64,000 bases of DNA from a virus. Both the position numbers and the translations under genes were made by a program. Numbering within the stretch: the stretch's first letter is position 1; every line of letters begins with the position of its first letter. Below are positions 1-9,100 of the stretch, piece after piece. The DNA is taken from positions 32,001-96,000 of the IMG/VR virus record IMGVR_UViG_3300042389_001478. One strand, written 5' to 3'. The notes under the pieces were generated by a model, which did no database searches, was not told where the DNA came from, and was given only the letters and a program-made list of their open reading frames with translations.

Positions 1-1694
1 TAGTATCAGACCTCGACTTTTCTGCAACAGATGGATCTAATGTTACTCTTAGTAACAGTGTCCCTTCTGGTACAGTTTTAGAGTATTTAACAATGGCTTC
101 TGGAGTTTCTTCTGGAGGAGGTTCTTTATCTGGAAGTGTTACGATTCCGGGAAGTGATCCGTATTGGGATAGCGTTTTGTTGCTATTGCGCGGCGACGGC
201 AACCTCACGGACTCGTCCAAGTACGGTCGCACACTGACGGCCCACGGTAACGCAGCGGCGAACGCGGCGGGCAAGTATGGCACCAACTCTATTGCGTTGG
301 ATGGGACGGGCGACTACCTGTCGTTGTCAAGCAGTGACTTTTCGTGGGGAACGAGCGACTGGACGGCTGAAGCGTGGGTATGGCTGACTGCCTACGGCAC
401 CTACGGTTCGTACTTCTCGACGTACTTCAGCAATGGATCTCCGTTCGGCGTGTCTGTTGGCGTGACGAACACCGGCTATCCGTTTCTGATGCACCCGGGC
501 GGCGCGAACATCGAAGGATCCTCGCTGCTCCCGACCGGGCAATGGGTGCATCTTGCCGCCGTTCGCGCAAGCGGCGTGGTGACCTACTACGTTAACGGCA
601 CGTCTGTCGGGAGCGTGACGGCTGCTGACTCGCACGGACAGTCCAATGTGGTTGTAGGCCGCACCTATGTGGAGTTGAACAACAATTATTGGAACGGCCG
701 CATCGCGGAACTTCGCGTCACGCAGGCGGCTCGCTATACTGCCAACTTCACGCCTCCAACTGCTGCTCTGCCAACGACAATCTTTCAGGCATCACCTCAG
801 ATCCTCCCCGTCACCATTACTGGCTCTAGCGGCAATTCTTCTGGTCTTTCGTGGTCAAGTGTCCCAGCATCAGCATCAGCAAGCGGTACTACTGGTCAAA
901 TAGCATATGATAGTAATTATTTTTATGTAGCTACTGCTAGTAATACTTGGAAAAGATCTATATTATCATCATGGTTTTCTCTTAATAGTATAAGCAGCTT
1001 AAATATGTGGTTAGACGCTTCGGTATCGAGTAGCTTACGAAGTACTACTTCCGGGGGCTCTATTGTTGGCATCAATGGGTCTGTGGCTAGATGGGAAGAT
1101 CAAAGCGGTAATGGAAATCATTTTACCCAATCAGATTCTCAATATTGTCCTATATATGATGGAACAGGACTGGTATTAGCAGAGAATACAGGAAGGTATT
1201 TATTAGCGTCTTATCCAATAACAGAAAATAATTTTTCTTTTTTTGCTGCTATTGTACTTAATGGACGAAATAATTCGCGTCATACATATGGTCGAATTTT
1301 TAGTGGAGCCCCAACTACTAGCGGAGGAGCAGATTATGCCGACAATAACGGTCTTTTATTTGCAGATTTTCCTTCCCCCAGCTTGCAAGCATATAGAAAC
1401 AGCTCAACCATAGCGTCCACCACAGCCCTAAGCATAGGAACACGAGTAGTTGTTGGTTTTACAGTAAATAGCGGGTCTGTTACTATCTATAGAAATAAAT
1501 CATATACGTCTGGCAGTACCAGCTCTACTCCTGTGAATATACAAACAGTTAGGCTTGGTAATAATGCCGCCCCGAATACCGACTCATCACTTAATGGGGC
1601 TTACTATGAAGTTGTGATGTTTAATAGCGCTTTGGATAATACTACATCTCAATCTGTTATTGATTATTTAATGAGTAAATGGAGTATAGCTTAA
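1..1694 (+). CDS. Tail fibre/decoration protein with two LamG (concanavalin A-like) domains; 5' partial
   Basis: The frame is open upstream of the ATG at 93 (from nt 3: VSDLDFSATDGSNVTLSNSVPSGTVLEYLT, a typical fibre segment), so the gene starts before the window. LamG motifs: DPYWDSVLLLLRGDG...DWTAEAWV...WVHLAAVR...GRIAELRVT..ARYTANFTPP. Second domain: LNMWLDAS...VARWEDQSGNGNH...EVVMFNSAL. Confidence 0.8.
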   Translation, partial: VSDLDFSATDGSNVTLSNSVPSGTVLEYLTMASGVSSGGGSLSGSVTIPGSDPYWDSVLLLLRGDGNLTDSSKYGRTLTAHGNAAANAAGKYGTNSIALDGTGDYLSLSSSDFSWGTSDWTAEAWVWLTAYGTYGSYFSTYFSNGSPFGVSVGVTNTGYPFLMHPGGANIEGSSLLPTGQWVHLAAVRASGVVTYYVNGTSVGSVTAADSHGQSNVVVGRTYVELNNNYWNGRIAELRVTQAARYTANFTPPTAALPTTIFQASPQILPVTITGSSGNSSGLSWSSVPASASASGTTGQIAYDSNYFYVATASNTWKRSILSSWFSLNSISSLNMWLDASVSSSLRSTTSGGSIVGINGSVARWEDQSGNGNHFTQSDSQYCPIYDGTGLVLAENTGRYLLASYPITENNFSFFAAIVLNGRNNSRHTYGRIFSGAPTTSGGADYADNNGLLFADFPSPSLQAYRNSSTIASTTALSIGTRVVVGFTVNSGSVTIYRNKSYTSGSTSSTPVNIQTVRLGNNAAPNTDSSLNGAYYEVVMFNSALDNTTSQSVIDYLMSKWSIA

Positions 1695-1726
1695 TATTAT
1701 TTATTAATAATAAAAGATAAAACAAA

Positions 1727-2197
1727 ATGACAAAAGCATATAATAATTCACTACTAGCACGAAACATAAGCATCAGTGGTACCAATACTTCTGTTAGTGG
1801 GTTATTGTCTGCAACTAGTGGTAATTTTATTGATTCTTTGCAAGTTAATAATATTAATGTTAGCGTTAGTGGACATACTCATACATCATCTAATATTAGT
1901 GATTTTAACTCTTCAGTTAGTGGATTATTATCAGTAACTAATATCTCTGCTGGTTCTGGGATTAGTGTTAGCTCTAGTTCTGGTAATTATACAGTTAATA
2001 GTACTACTATATTAAGTTATGCTGCTACTAGTGGTTTTCCAGCTTCTGGAGTCTCAACATCATATTATTTAGCTAGTGATACTAGTAGATTATATCAATG
2101 GACAGGATCATATTATGCTGAAATAGGACCACCGATTGCAGGTGTTAATAATGCTCAAAATGCTGCTAATCTTTATCTATGGAACAACTTTAAATAG
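1727..2197 (+). CDS. Small fibre-like virion protein
   Basis: 156-aa Ser/Thr/Asn-rich ORF. Contains the GHTHTSSNISDF fibre motif and a FPASG..YYLASDTSRLYQWTG module common in phage fibre proteins. Confidence 0.6.
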   Translation: MTKAYNNSLLARNISISGTNTSVSGLLSATSGNFIDSLQVNNINVSVSGHTHTSSNISDFNSSVSGLLSVTNISAGSGISVSSSSGNYTVNSTTILSYAATSGFPASGVSTSYYLASDTSRLYQWTGSYYAEIGPPIAGVNNAQNAANLYLWNNFK

Positions 2198-2208
2198 GAG
2201 AATAAATT

Positions 2209-2592
2209 ATGGCCATCAGTCCCTCGTTTGCCGCAACACCAAGAATAGGAAATGTTAGTATAGCAACTGCTGAAGGTTCTTATACATCCCCAACAAATTT
2301 TGGCACTCTAATTACCGGAGCATCTACTGGAACACGAATAGCAGAAGTTATAGTAAAAAATGCTGCTACTAGTGCTGCTGCTATAGTACGTTTATTTTTA
2401 CATGATGGATCTACTTATTATCTTTTTGATGAATATACTATAGCCGCAGCTACAGGATCAAGTACTGTTCAGCAAACGCGAGTAAGCACACAATATAACA
2501 ATCTTATATTGCCAAACTCTTCTTGGACTCTAAGAGTAACAACATCAGTAGCTCAAACAACCCATGTTACTGCTTTAGGTGCTGATCTATGA
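2209..2592 (+). CDS. Hypothetical virion protein (beta-rich)
   Basis: 127-aa ORF with RBS AGGAG at about 2196-2200. Its stop overlaps the next start (ATGA). Confidence 0.6.
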   Translation: MAISPSFAATPRIGNVSIATAEGSYTSPTNFGTLITGASTGTRIAEVIVKNAATSAAAIVRLFLHDGSTYYLFDEYTIAAATGSSTVQQTRVSTQYNNLILPNSSWTLRVTTSVAQTTHVTALGADL

Positions 2593-3473
2593 ATAATGGT
2601 ATTTATGGTTTTGGATCATCTTTAGTATCTTCTAGTCCATATGGGCCTTATGGAATTTCTGGTTCTTCATCTGTTATTGGAACAATAAGGTTATTAGTTG
2701 TTGGAGGTGGAGGAGCAGGAGGTTCCGCAACAGGCGGGGCGAGGACTGGGCCGGGAGGTGGTGGTGGTGGGACGATTGAGTCTTCTGTAGGTGTTGTTCT
2801 CGGTATCACATATACAGTACAAATTGGTGCTGGAGGAGCTATTAATAATTTTGGAAACTTGTCGAGATTTGGAGATTTTACTGCTGCTGGAGGTGGTTTC
2901 GGAACAACCACTGGTGGTGTTTACTATTCGTTAGCAACTGGTGCTGGTGGATTAGGAGGACGCTTTGCGTCAAATATTCCTTCGCAGGGTGCTGCGGGAG
3001 GTACCGGTGTTACTACGGCTGGTTCTGTGATTATTAGTGGAGGAGGAGGAGGAGCATCTCAAGGTGGAGATGCTACTACAACCATTGCCGGTTCTGGAGG
3101 TGCAGGTAGAACAGTTTCAGTATTAGCTGCCCAATCTTTTTTTGGAGGAGGAGGAGGTGCCGGTGCAAGTACAACTTCCGGCTCATTAGCTTCTGGTGGC
3201 GTTGGAGGAGCGGGCGGTGGAGGCAATGGTGCAACAGATTTGGTCGGATCCACAGCTGGATCACCAAATACCGGAGGTGGCGGAGGTGGTGGACGCGCTT
3301 CAGCATCGTCAAGCGCTGGAAGTTCTGGAGGGTCTGGTGTTGTGATTGTTCGTTGGAATTCTTCAACAATGAAAATTAATATAGGAGTAGGATTAACATT
3401 TACAACAACCACAGTAGGATCTGATACAATAGTTACCTTTACAGCAGGAACCGGAACAGTATCATGGAGTTAA
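2589..3473 (+). CDS. Glycine-rich domain virion/fibre protein (paralog 1)
   Basis: RLLVVGGGGAGG...GGGGGG...GGSGVVIVR signature of phage glycine-rich domain proteins. Confidence 0.75.
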   Translation: MNNGIYGFGSSLVSSSPYGPYGISGSSSVIGTIRLLVVGGGGAGGSATGGARTGPGGGGGGTIESSVGVVLGITYTVQIGAGGAINNFGNLSRFGDFTAAGGGFGTTTGGVYYSLATGAGGLGGRFASNIPSQGAAGGTGVTTAGSVIISGGGGGASQGGDATTTIAGSGGAGRTVSVLAAQSFFGGGGGAGASTTSGSLASGGVGGAGGGGNGATDLVGSTAGSPNTGGGGGGGRASASSSAGSSGGSGVVIVRWNSSTMKINIGVGLTFTTTTVGSDTIVTFTAGTGTVSWS

Positions 3474-3476
3474 TTT

Positions 3477-4394
3477 ATGCCATTTAATTTTCCAAATAAT
3501 CCAACAGTAAATCAATATTCTCGTCAAAATAATAGAGTATACCGATGGAATGGATATTCGTGGGATTTATTTGCTGATAATTTTTTACTTCGTGTGTTGT
3601 TGGTTGGTGGTGGAGCGGCTGGTGTTACTGCACAGGGAAGTGGCGCACGCCCTGGACCCGGAGGTGGTGGTGGCGGCGTGGTGGATCAGACCCTTGGCGT
3701 TCTACTTAACACATCATACTCCGTGACGATTGCTGCCGGTGGCTCTGTTGGAGCATTCCCCGGAAATAATAGTTTTTTTGCTGGTATCACTGCCGCAGGC
3801 GGTGGAACGGGTTCGACATCTAGCGTTGGCTTCTCGCTTGCTACAGGTGCCGGATATTTGTTCCTGACCAGCAACAGCAACGGAGGCACTCGCAATGCGT
3901 CCTACATCACGACGCAAGGATTTTCCGGTGGCCTTGGCCAATCAAACGGAAGGGCTGGTGGTGGTGGCGGTGGTTCTGGTGGACAAGGGGGTGACGCCAC
4001 TTCAACCGTTAGCGGTTCGGGCGGTATTGGTAGGTCTAGCGACATCACTGGATCGGCTGTTCTATACGGTCCCGGCGGTGGCTCTGGAGGCTACGTTGGA
4101 ACATCTTCTGCTGGTTCTGGTGGTAGCACTGGTGGAGGCAACGGGTCGCAGGATGTTGCGTCTGCGGGATCGGCAGGTGCGGCTAATACCGGAGGGGGAG
4201 GTGGTGGTGGAGCAAGTAATGGTACTACTTTCTCGGTTGGAGGAGCAGGGGGTAGTGGCGTTGTGATATTGCGATTTGATGCCATATTAAACATAACTCT
4301 TTCAGCGGGACTATCATACACTACAGCTTCTTTTGGAGCAGATACAATTGTTACAATTACAGCCGGTACAGGAACGGTTACATTTACAGTTTAA
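3477..4394 (+). CDS. Glycine-rich domain virion/fibre protein (paralog 2)
   Basis: N-terminal MPFNFPNNPTVNQ...YRWNG module followed by RVLLVGGGAAG...GGSGVVILR. The C-terminus aligns with the 2589..3473 protein (DTIVT.TAGTGTV). Confidence 0.75.
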   Translation: MPFNFPNNPTVNQYSRQNNRVYRWNGYSWDLFADNFLLRVLLVGGGAAGVTAQGSGARPGPGGGGGGVVDQTLGVLLNTSYSVTIAAGGSVGAFPGNNSFFAGITAAGGGTGSTSSVGFSLATGAGYLFLTSNSNGGTRNASYITTQGFSGGLGQSNGRAGGGGGGSGGQGGDATSTVSGSGGIGRSSDITGSAVLYGPGGGSGGYVGTSSAGSGGSTGGGNGSQDVASAGSAGAANTGGGGGGGASNGTTFSVGGAGGSGVVILRFDAILNITLSAGLSYTTASFGADTIVTITAGTGTVTFTV

Positions 4395-4408
4395 ATAGGA
4401 GAATAATT

Positions 4409-4723
4409 ATGGCTCATTATGCATTTTTAGACGAAAACAATATTGTTACTGAAGTTATAGTTGGTAAGAATGAAAACGAAGATGGTATTAATTGGGAAAA
4501 ACATTATGGAGAATTTAGAGGAAAAACTTGTAAACGAACTTCATATAATACCTCTGGTGGAGTTCACAACGGAGGTGGAATCCCATACCGAAAAAATTAT
4601 GCTGGAATAGGTTATGTTTTTAGAGAAGACATAAATGTCCCAGAAGGAGCTTTTGTTCCACCTTGTCCCGGTGACGAATATGTTTTAGATGAGACTACTG
4701 GATTATGGGTAATATTAAGTTAG
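4409..4723 (+). CDS. Conserved small phage protein usually found after Gly-rich fibre genes (possible fibre chaperone)
   Basis: MAHYAFLDENNIVTEVIVG...TSYNT...RKNYAGIGY. RBS AGGAG upstream. The function is inferred from context. Confidence 0.65.
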   Translation: MAHYAFLDENNIVTEVIVGKNENEDGINWEKHYGEFRGKTCKRTSYNTSGGVHNGGGIPYRKNYAGIGYVFREDINVPEGAFVPPCPGDEYVLDETTGLWVILS

Positions 4724-4758
4724 CCCTTTAATTTTAAACGAATCAATTATTTTATAAA

Positions 4759-4767
4759 GTGTATATA
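4759..4767 (+). promoter_or_regulatory. Candidate late-promoter motif GTGTATATA
   Basis: Intergenic, 30 nt before the ATG at 4789. Similar motifs at 5088, 22171 and 26313. Confidence 0.4.
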
Positions 4768-4788
4768 CCAACATAAGGACAAATTATT

Positions 4789-5070
4789 ATGCAACTAAAT
4801 AATAAAATCGCAATTACAGACCAATCTGGCTCGCCGCAGGAAATAGACCATCTTGATCTTGTGGTAGTGGATCTCAATGTCAGAAAAACCGTATTATGCC
4901 ACATAGAACCTTATCAAACCCCATTAATATTATGGAAAGATAAAGAATATGATGCTGTCGGTGATTATACTCAAGCACAGATAGAGAGCAGGGTTTTAGA
5001 AATTCTTGGAGACAATCCATCCATTGTTTTACAGGGCTTAATCTTCTCTAGACAGCCAATTCCTCATTAA
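4789..5070 (+). CDS. Hypothetical phage protein
   Basis: 93-aa ORF with RBS AAGGA. Motif LILWKDKEYDAVGDYTQAQIESRVLEILG. Confidence 0.6.
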   Translation: MQLNNKIAITDQSGSPQEIDHLDLVVVDLNVRKTVLCHIEPYQTPLILWKDKEYDAVGDYTQAQIESRVLEILGDNPSIVLQGLIFSRQPIPH

Positions 5071-5087
5071 TTTAAAAGCCGGTTTGG

Positions 5088-5096
5088 GTGTATTAA
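5088..5096 (+). promoter_or_regulatory. Candidate late-promoter motif GTGTATTAA
   Basis: Intergenic, 44 nt before the ATG at 5132. Confidence 0.45.
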
Positions 5097-5131
5097 AGAA
5101 CAGCCACCAATACCCATAAAAGGATCAAATT

Positions 5132-5647
5132 ATGAGCTGGTCTATTGAAATTCCAATTATTGTACGCACTTTAATTGATGACTATGCTGAAACCCCAGTT
5201 TTTAGTGATGAAAGACTACTACAAGCCATAGTCGTAGCAGCTAAATATGTTCAATTTGACGTATCTTTAGACAATAAATATGCCGTTAACGTAGTAACCC
5301 CAGACATCACCCCAGACCCGACAACATTAGATGACAGTATTTTCATCAGCCTGACCTCATTAAAGACAGCCTGCATAATTGATCAAAGTAATCTAAGAAC
5401 AAAAGCCGCCATGGAAGGCATTAGGGCTGCTTTGGGACCCATTAGTTTAAGTGTTGGTGGTAGTTTAGCTGGACTTAAAATGATCATAGAACAGGGCCCC
5501 TGTGCCGCATATGAAGAACTAACATCTCATTGGGATGTTAAAGAAGCCACAGCTATTAGAGCAGTATTTAGCCCATTTGTTGGCAACAAGTTTGATCCAC
5601 GATACATACAGAATCACGACTATCGATCAAGATACTTTTATTCATAA
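5132..5647 (+). CDS. Probable head-tail adaptor/connector protein
   Basis: 171-aa helical ORF starting IVRTLIDD...FSDERLLQAIVVAA, a pattern resembling gp6/gp15-type adaptors. Late-region context. Confidence 0.5.
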   Translation: MSWSIEIPIIVRTLIDDYAETPVFSDERLLQAIVVAAKYVQFDVSLDNKYAVNVVTPDITPDPTTLDDSIFISLTSLKTACIIDQSNLRTKAAMEGIRAALGPISLSVGGSLAGLKMIIEQGPCAAYEELTSHWDVKEATAIRAVFSPFVGNKFDPRYIQNHDYRSRYFYS

Positions 5648-5662
5648 ATAAGGATTATTACC

Positions 5663-6106
5663 ATGCCAGCAGCTGACTATAATTTTACTATAGAAAAAGG
5701 CACAGCATTTGTTCTTGCATTTGAATATAGAGACGATAATAATATTCCAATTGACATTACCAATTGGTGTGCTAGAATAAGATGGATAGAAGATCAAAGT
5801 CCAGAACCAGTAATTAGAACATTCACCACTAATAATAGAACATCAGAATACGAATTCACCATAGACCCCAAAGTTGGCAAAATTGTATTAAGAATACCAG
5901 CATCACAAACAGTTGCCTATTCCTTTGGATCTGCTAGATACGATTTTGAGCTACAAGAACCAAATGATTTATATAGTGGTGGTGGTAAAAAAATATTTCG
6001 AATTCTTCAAGGAAGCGTATCATTACTTGCAAGAAATGTACCGGGAGACGATGCATTTGGTTGCGACACCAATGTACAAAATGATTGTGGAACATGTAGC
6101 TCATGA
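5663..6106 (+). CDS. BppU-N-like Ig-fold virion protein
   Basis: MPAADYNFTIEKGTAF...PIDITNWCAR...GKIVLRIPASQT...ARYDFEL...RILQGSV matches the common fibre-anchor Ig domain. Confidence 0.65.
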   Translation: MPAADYNFTIEKGTAFVLAFEYRDDNNIPIDITNWCARIRWIEDQSPEPVIRTFTTNNRTSEYEFTIDPKVGKIVLRIPASQTVAYSFGSARYDFELQEPNDLYSGGGKKIFRILQGSVSLLARNVPGDDAFGCDTNVQNDCGTCSS

Positions 6107-9100
6107 GCATAGTACGAATAGAAGAAGAAATACAGCCATTAAAATATCTGGTTATAACACAAGAAAGAGACCCTGAAAGTGTTGTTTCTACCAATGTAAT
6201 TATATCTGATACTAGAGTAAATAGAGTCAATTTAATTTCTATAGAAAAAGGACCCCAAGGAGATACTGGACCACGAGGGGCTCAAGGACCAGCAGGAAAA
6301 GACGGAGCCTCTTTTGAAGTTTTGCCAATTAATAGTGGAGGAACCAATAACACTTCATTTAGTAGTGGTAATATAATATATTATGACGGACACAAGCTAT
6401 CTAGTTCTAACTATTCATTTCAAGATCTACTAAACAACTCTAACACTAATGCTGTTACTGGAGTTTTTGCCGGATCAGGGCTATACAGAGAACTAGCAAA
6501 TAATACCGCTACGCTAGGAATTAATGCTGGAGATGGACTTTCTATTAATGAAGATAACCAAATAATAGTAGATGATACCATTGTTCGTAAAGTCGAGCTG
6601 AGTATTGGAAATATTAGTGGTGTTGTTCCGATAGCTAAAGGAGGCACTAATAATCAAACCTTTAGTAGTAATAGGCTATTATATTATGATGGTTTTAAAA
6701 TAACATCATTTCCATTGGCTACTGGAAGAATACTATTAAGCGGAACAACAATAGACATAATTGCAGGATCAGGATTAACCGGAGGAGGATCTTTATCTTT
6801 GCCCAGCGGATCTGTGGTTCTAAATATTGGTGGATCATCAGACATTCTAGTAGAAAATAACGCCATCTCATTATCAACTACTGGAACACCAGGAACATAT
6901 TCTAGAATTACCACAGATGATAAAGGCAGAGTAGTCTCAGGAAGCAACCTAACAAGATCTGATATTATTAGTATTCTTGGATATACTCCTTGGCATCCAG
7001 GTAATGATGGACAAGACTCTGGATTAGACGCTGATTTGCTTGATGGTAGAGATAGCTCATATTTTACTAATGCAGCCAACTTAACTGGTCTTATAGATTC
7101 AAATATTATTCCATCGTCAGTCGAGCCCGGAGTTTATACAAAGCTTTATATTAATAACAAGGGTATGGTAACTCTTGGAGATAATATGAATTATGGAGAT
7201 GTTGTTTATTCTCTAGGATATCGTCCCGTAAGCACAGCCGGAGATACCATTAATGGACCAATAGAAATTAATGGAGATGCCAGTCTAAATGGAGATAATC
7301 TAACCATCAGAGACAATCTCCCTACGATAGGGACCAACTCTGCGTCAATACTTCCTAGCGACCCTAGGGGTTTTAGTTTTTTATATGGTGGATACACATC
7401 CAAAACTGGAATACTTGCATTTTTTCCAGCAGATAGAGAACTGAGACTCGTTACTAATATTAGTAGTGGCGGAGACTTGAGCGGAGGTGAAAATAGTTTT
7501 ATAGGAGATGTCGATGGCGGAGATCAAAATGCTTTGTATATTACTAATAATGTTAGTGGAGATATTAATGTTGTTCTATTAAGAAGTAAAGCTGATAGTC
7601 TTTACGTTAGCAGAACCGATACTCAGGTCATCAGTGGAGTCAAAACATTTGTTAATGGGGTGCAGGTTAGAGATCAGGTTGTGATTATACCGTCCGTTAA
7701 TCAATCCAACCCTCCTCTTAATGTTGGAAATAACTCCAGGATGGTAGATAGTCTCAATGTGGATTTATTACATGGACACAATGCAGATTATTTCAATAAC
7801 GCTAGCAACATGACCGGACTATTTACTTATACTAAAGTCCAATTTGATAATTTAGATGGGACACCAGACTATATTCCTCGTTTTGATAATAGAACCTCTA
7901 ACCCTAGTAGAACAATTAGTAATTCTATCATAAGACAAAAGTCGGACAACACGGCTATTATAATAGAAAATAATGCAAACTTATACGTTGGCTCATCAAA
8001 TAGTGGCTCGTTTTTATCTGACAGTTCTACGGCTGTTGGGCGTAATAATAAAATATATGAAGATAATAGTTTAGCTGTTGGCTATGGTAATGCTATTTCT
8101 GGACAAAATAGCGTAGCGCTAAATTATGGATCTAAGACTTTATCAGATACTTCTATCGCGGCCGGTAAATATGGAGAGACCTGGAATGAAAATCAATTAA
8201 GCTTCGGTGCTTTTTCTGAGTTTAATAATAGTCAAACCATTACTCACGGACAGTATTCAACTATTGCGCTAGGATTAAATAGTACAGAAACTAATGGAGC
8301 ATGGGCCACAATGTCTCCTAATGTCATTTTGCCCAAAGATAAAACTATCGCTTATTCATTAGAAGTATTAATGAATAAAGCAGCAGGTACCGGCGCGGCA
8401 TTTGTTGTATTTGATAGTGGGATTATCAAGAATACCACCTTCAGAAGTCCATCCAACCCCTCTCAGACCATCAATGTCACATCTTCTCTTAAAAATACCA
8501 CCAAAAAAGAAATTTATAACGATTCTCAACAAAGAAGACACTATTATCACTACAGACTAGCAAATATAACCATCATTCAAAATCTTGAAGTAACTGCGTC
8601 TCCTGTTAAAAATATAAGCGGAACTAGCGGTATTGCACAAAATATTAATTCAGAATATAAATATATACCAAAATTTATTAGCAGCATATCTAGCTATTCA
8701 AAGTCAAATGATGGCCATACTGTATTAAATATTCCTAAGCCCATATTTAGTGGATCATTTATACAAAATGAAAATGACTATAGAATCAAAATTAAATCAT
8801 ATGATCATAATATGGTCGCCGGATGTATGGCTAATCTGATGTTTTCATCAGGACTAGCCCGCAACCCAATTTCTAAAAAATATCAGGTTTTAGATATTAT
8901 TGATAAAGATAACTTTCGTGTTAGTGAAAATTTTGCTAGTGGATATCTAACAGATAACGAAATAACTATAGATCCACAGAGTATTTCATTGGTTGATGAG
9001 GCTAATTCTATAGTAATCTCTGGTGGATATCTATATACTAATTCACCAGATATGTATAATATGCCTATTAATGCTATGACCGTACTACATACTGGTATGA

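Noticed and set aside
327-635. Alternative-frame ORFs within the GC-rich cassette
   Set aside because: High GC lowers stop-codon frequency, and the main frame encodes a clear LamG domain.
2648-4321. Minus-strand Pro-rich ORFs (2648-2911, 3059-3412, 3686-3895, 4091-4321)
   Set aside because: They are antisense shadows of GGN-rich glycine codons. They have no RBS and conflict with the uniform + strand operon.
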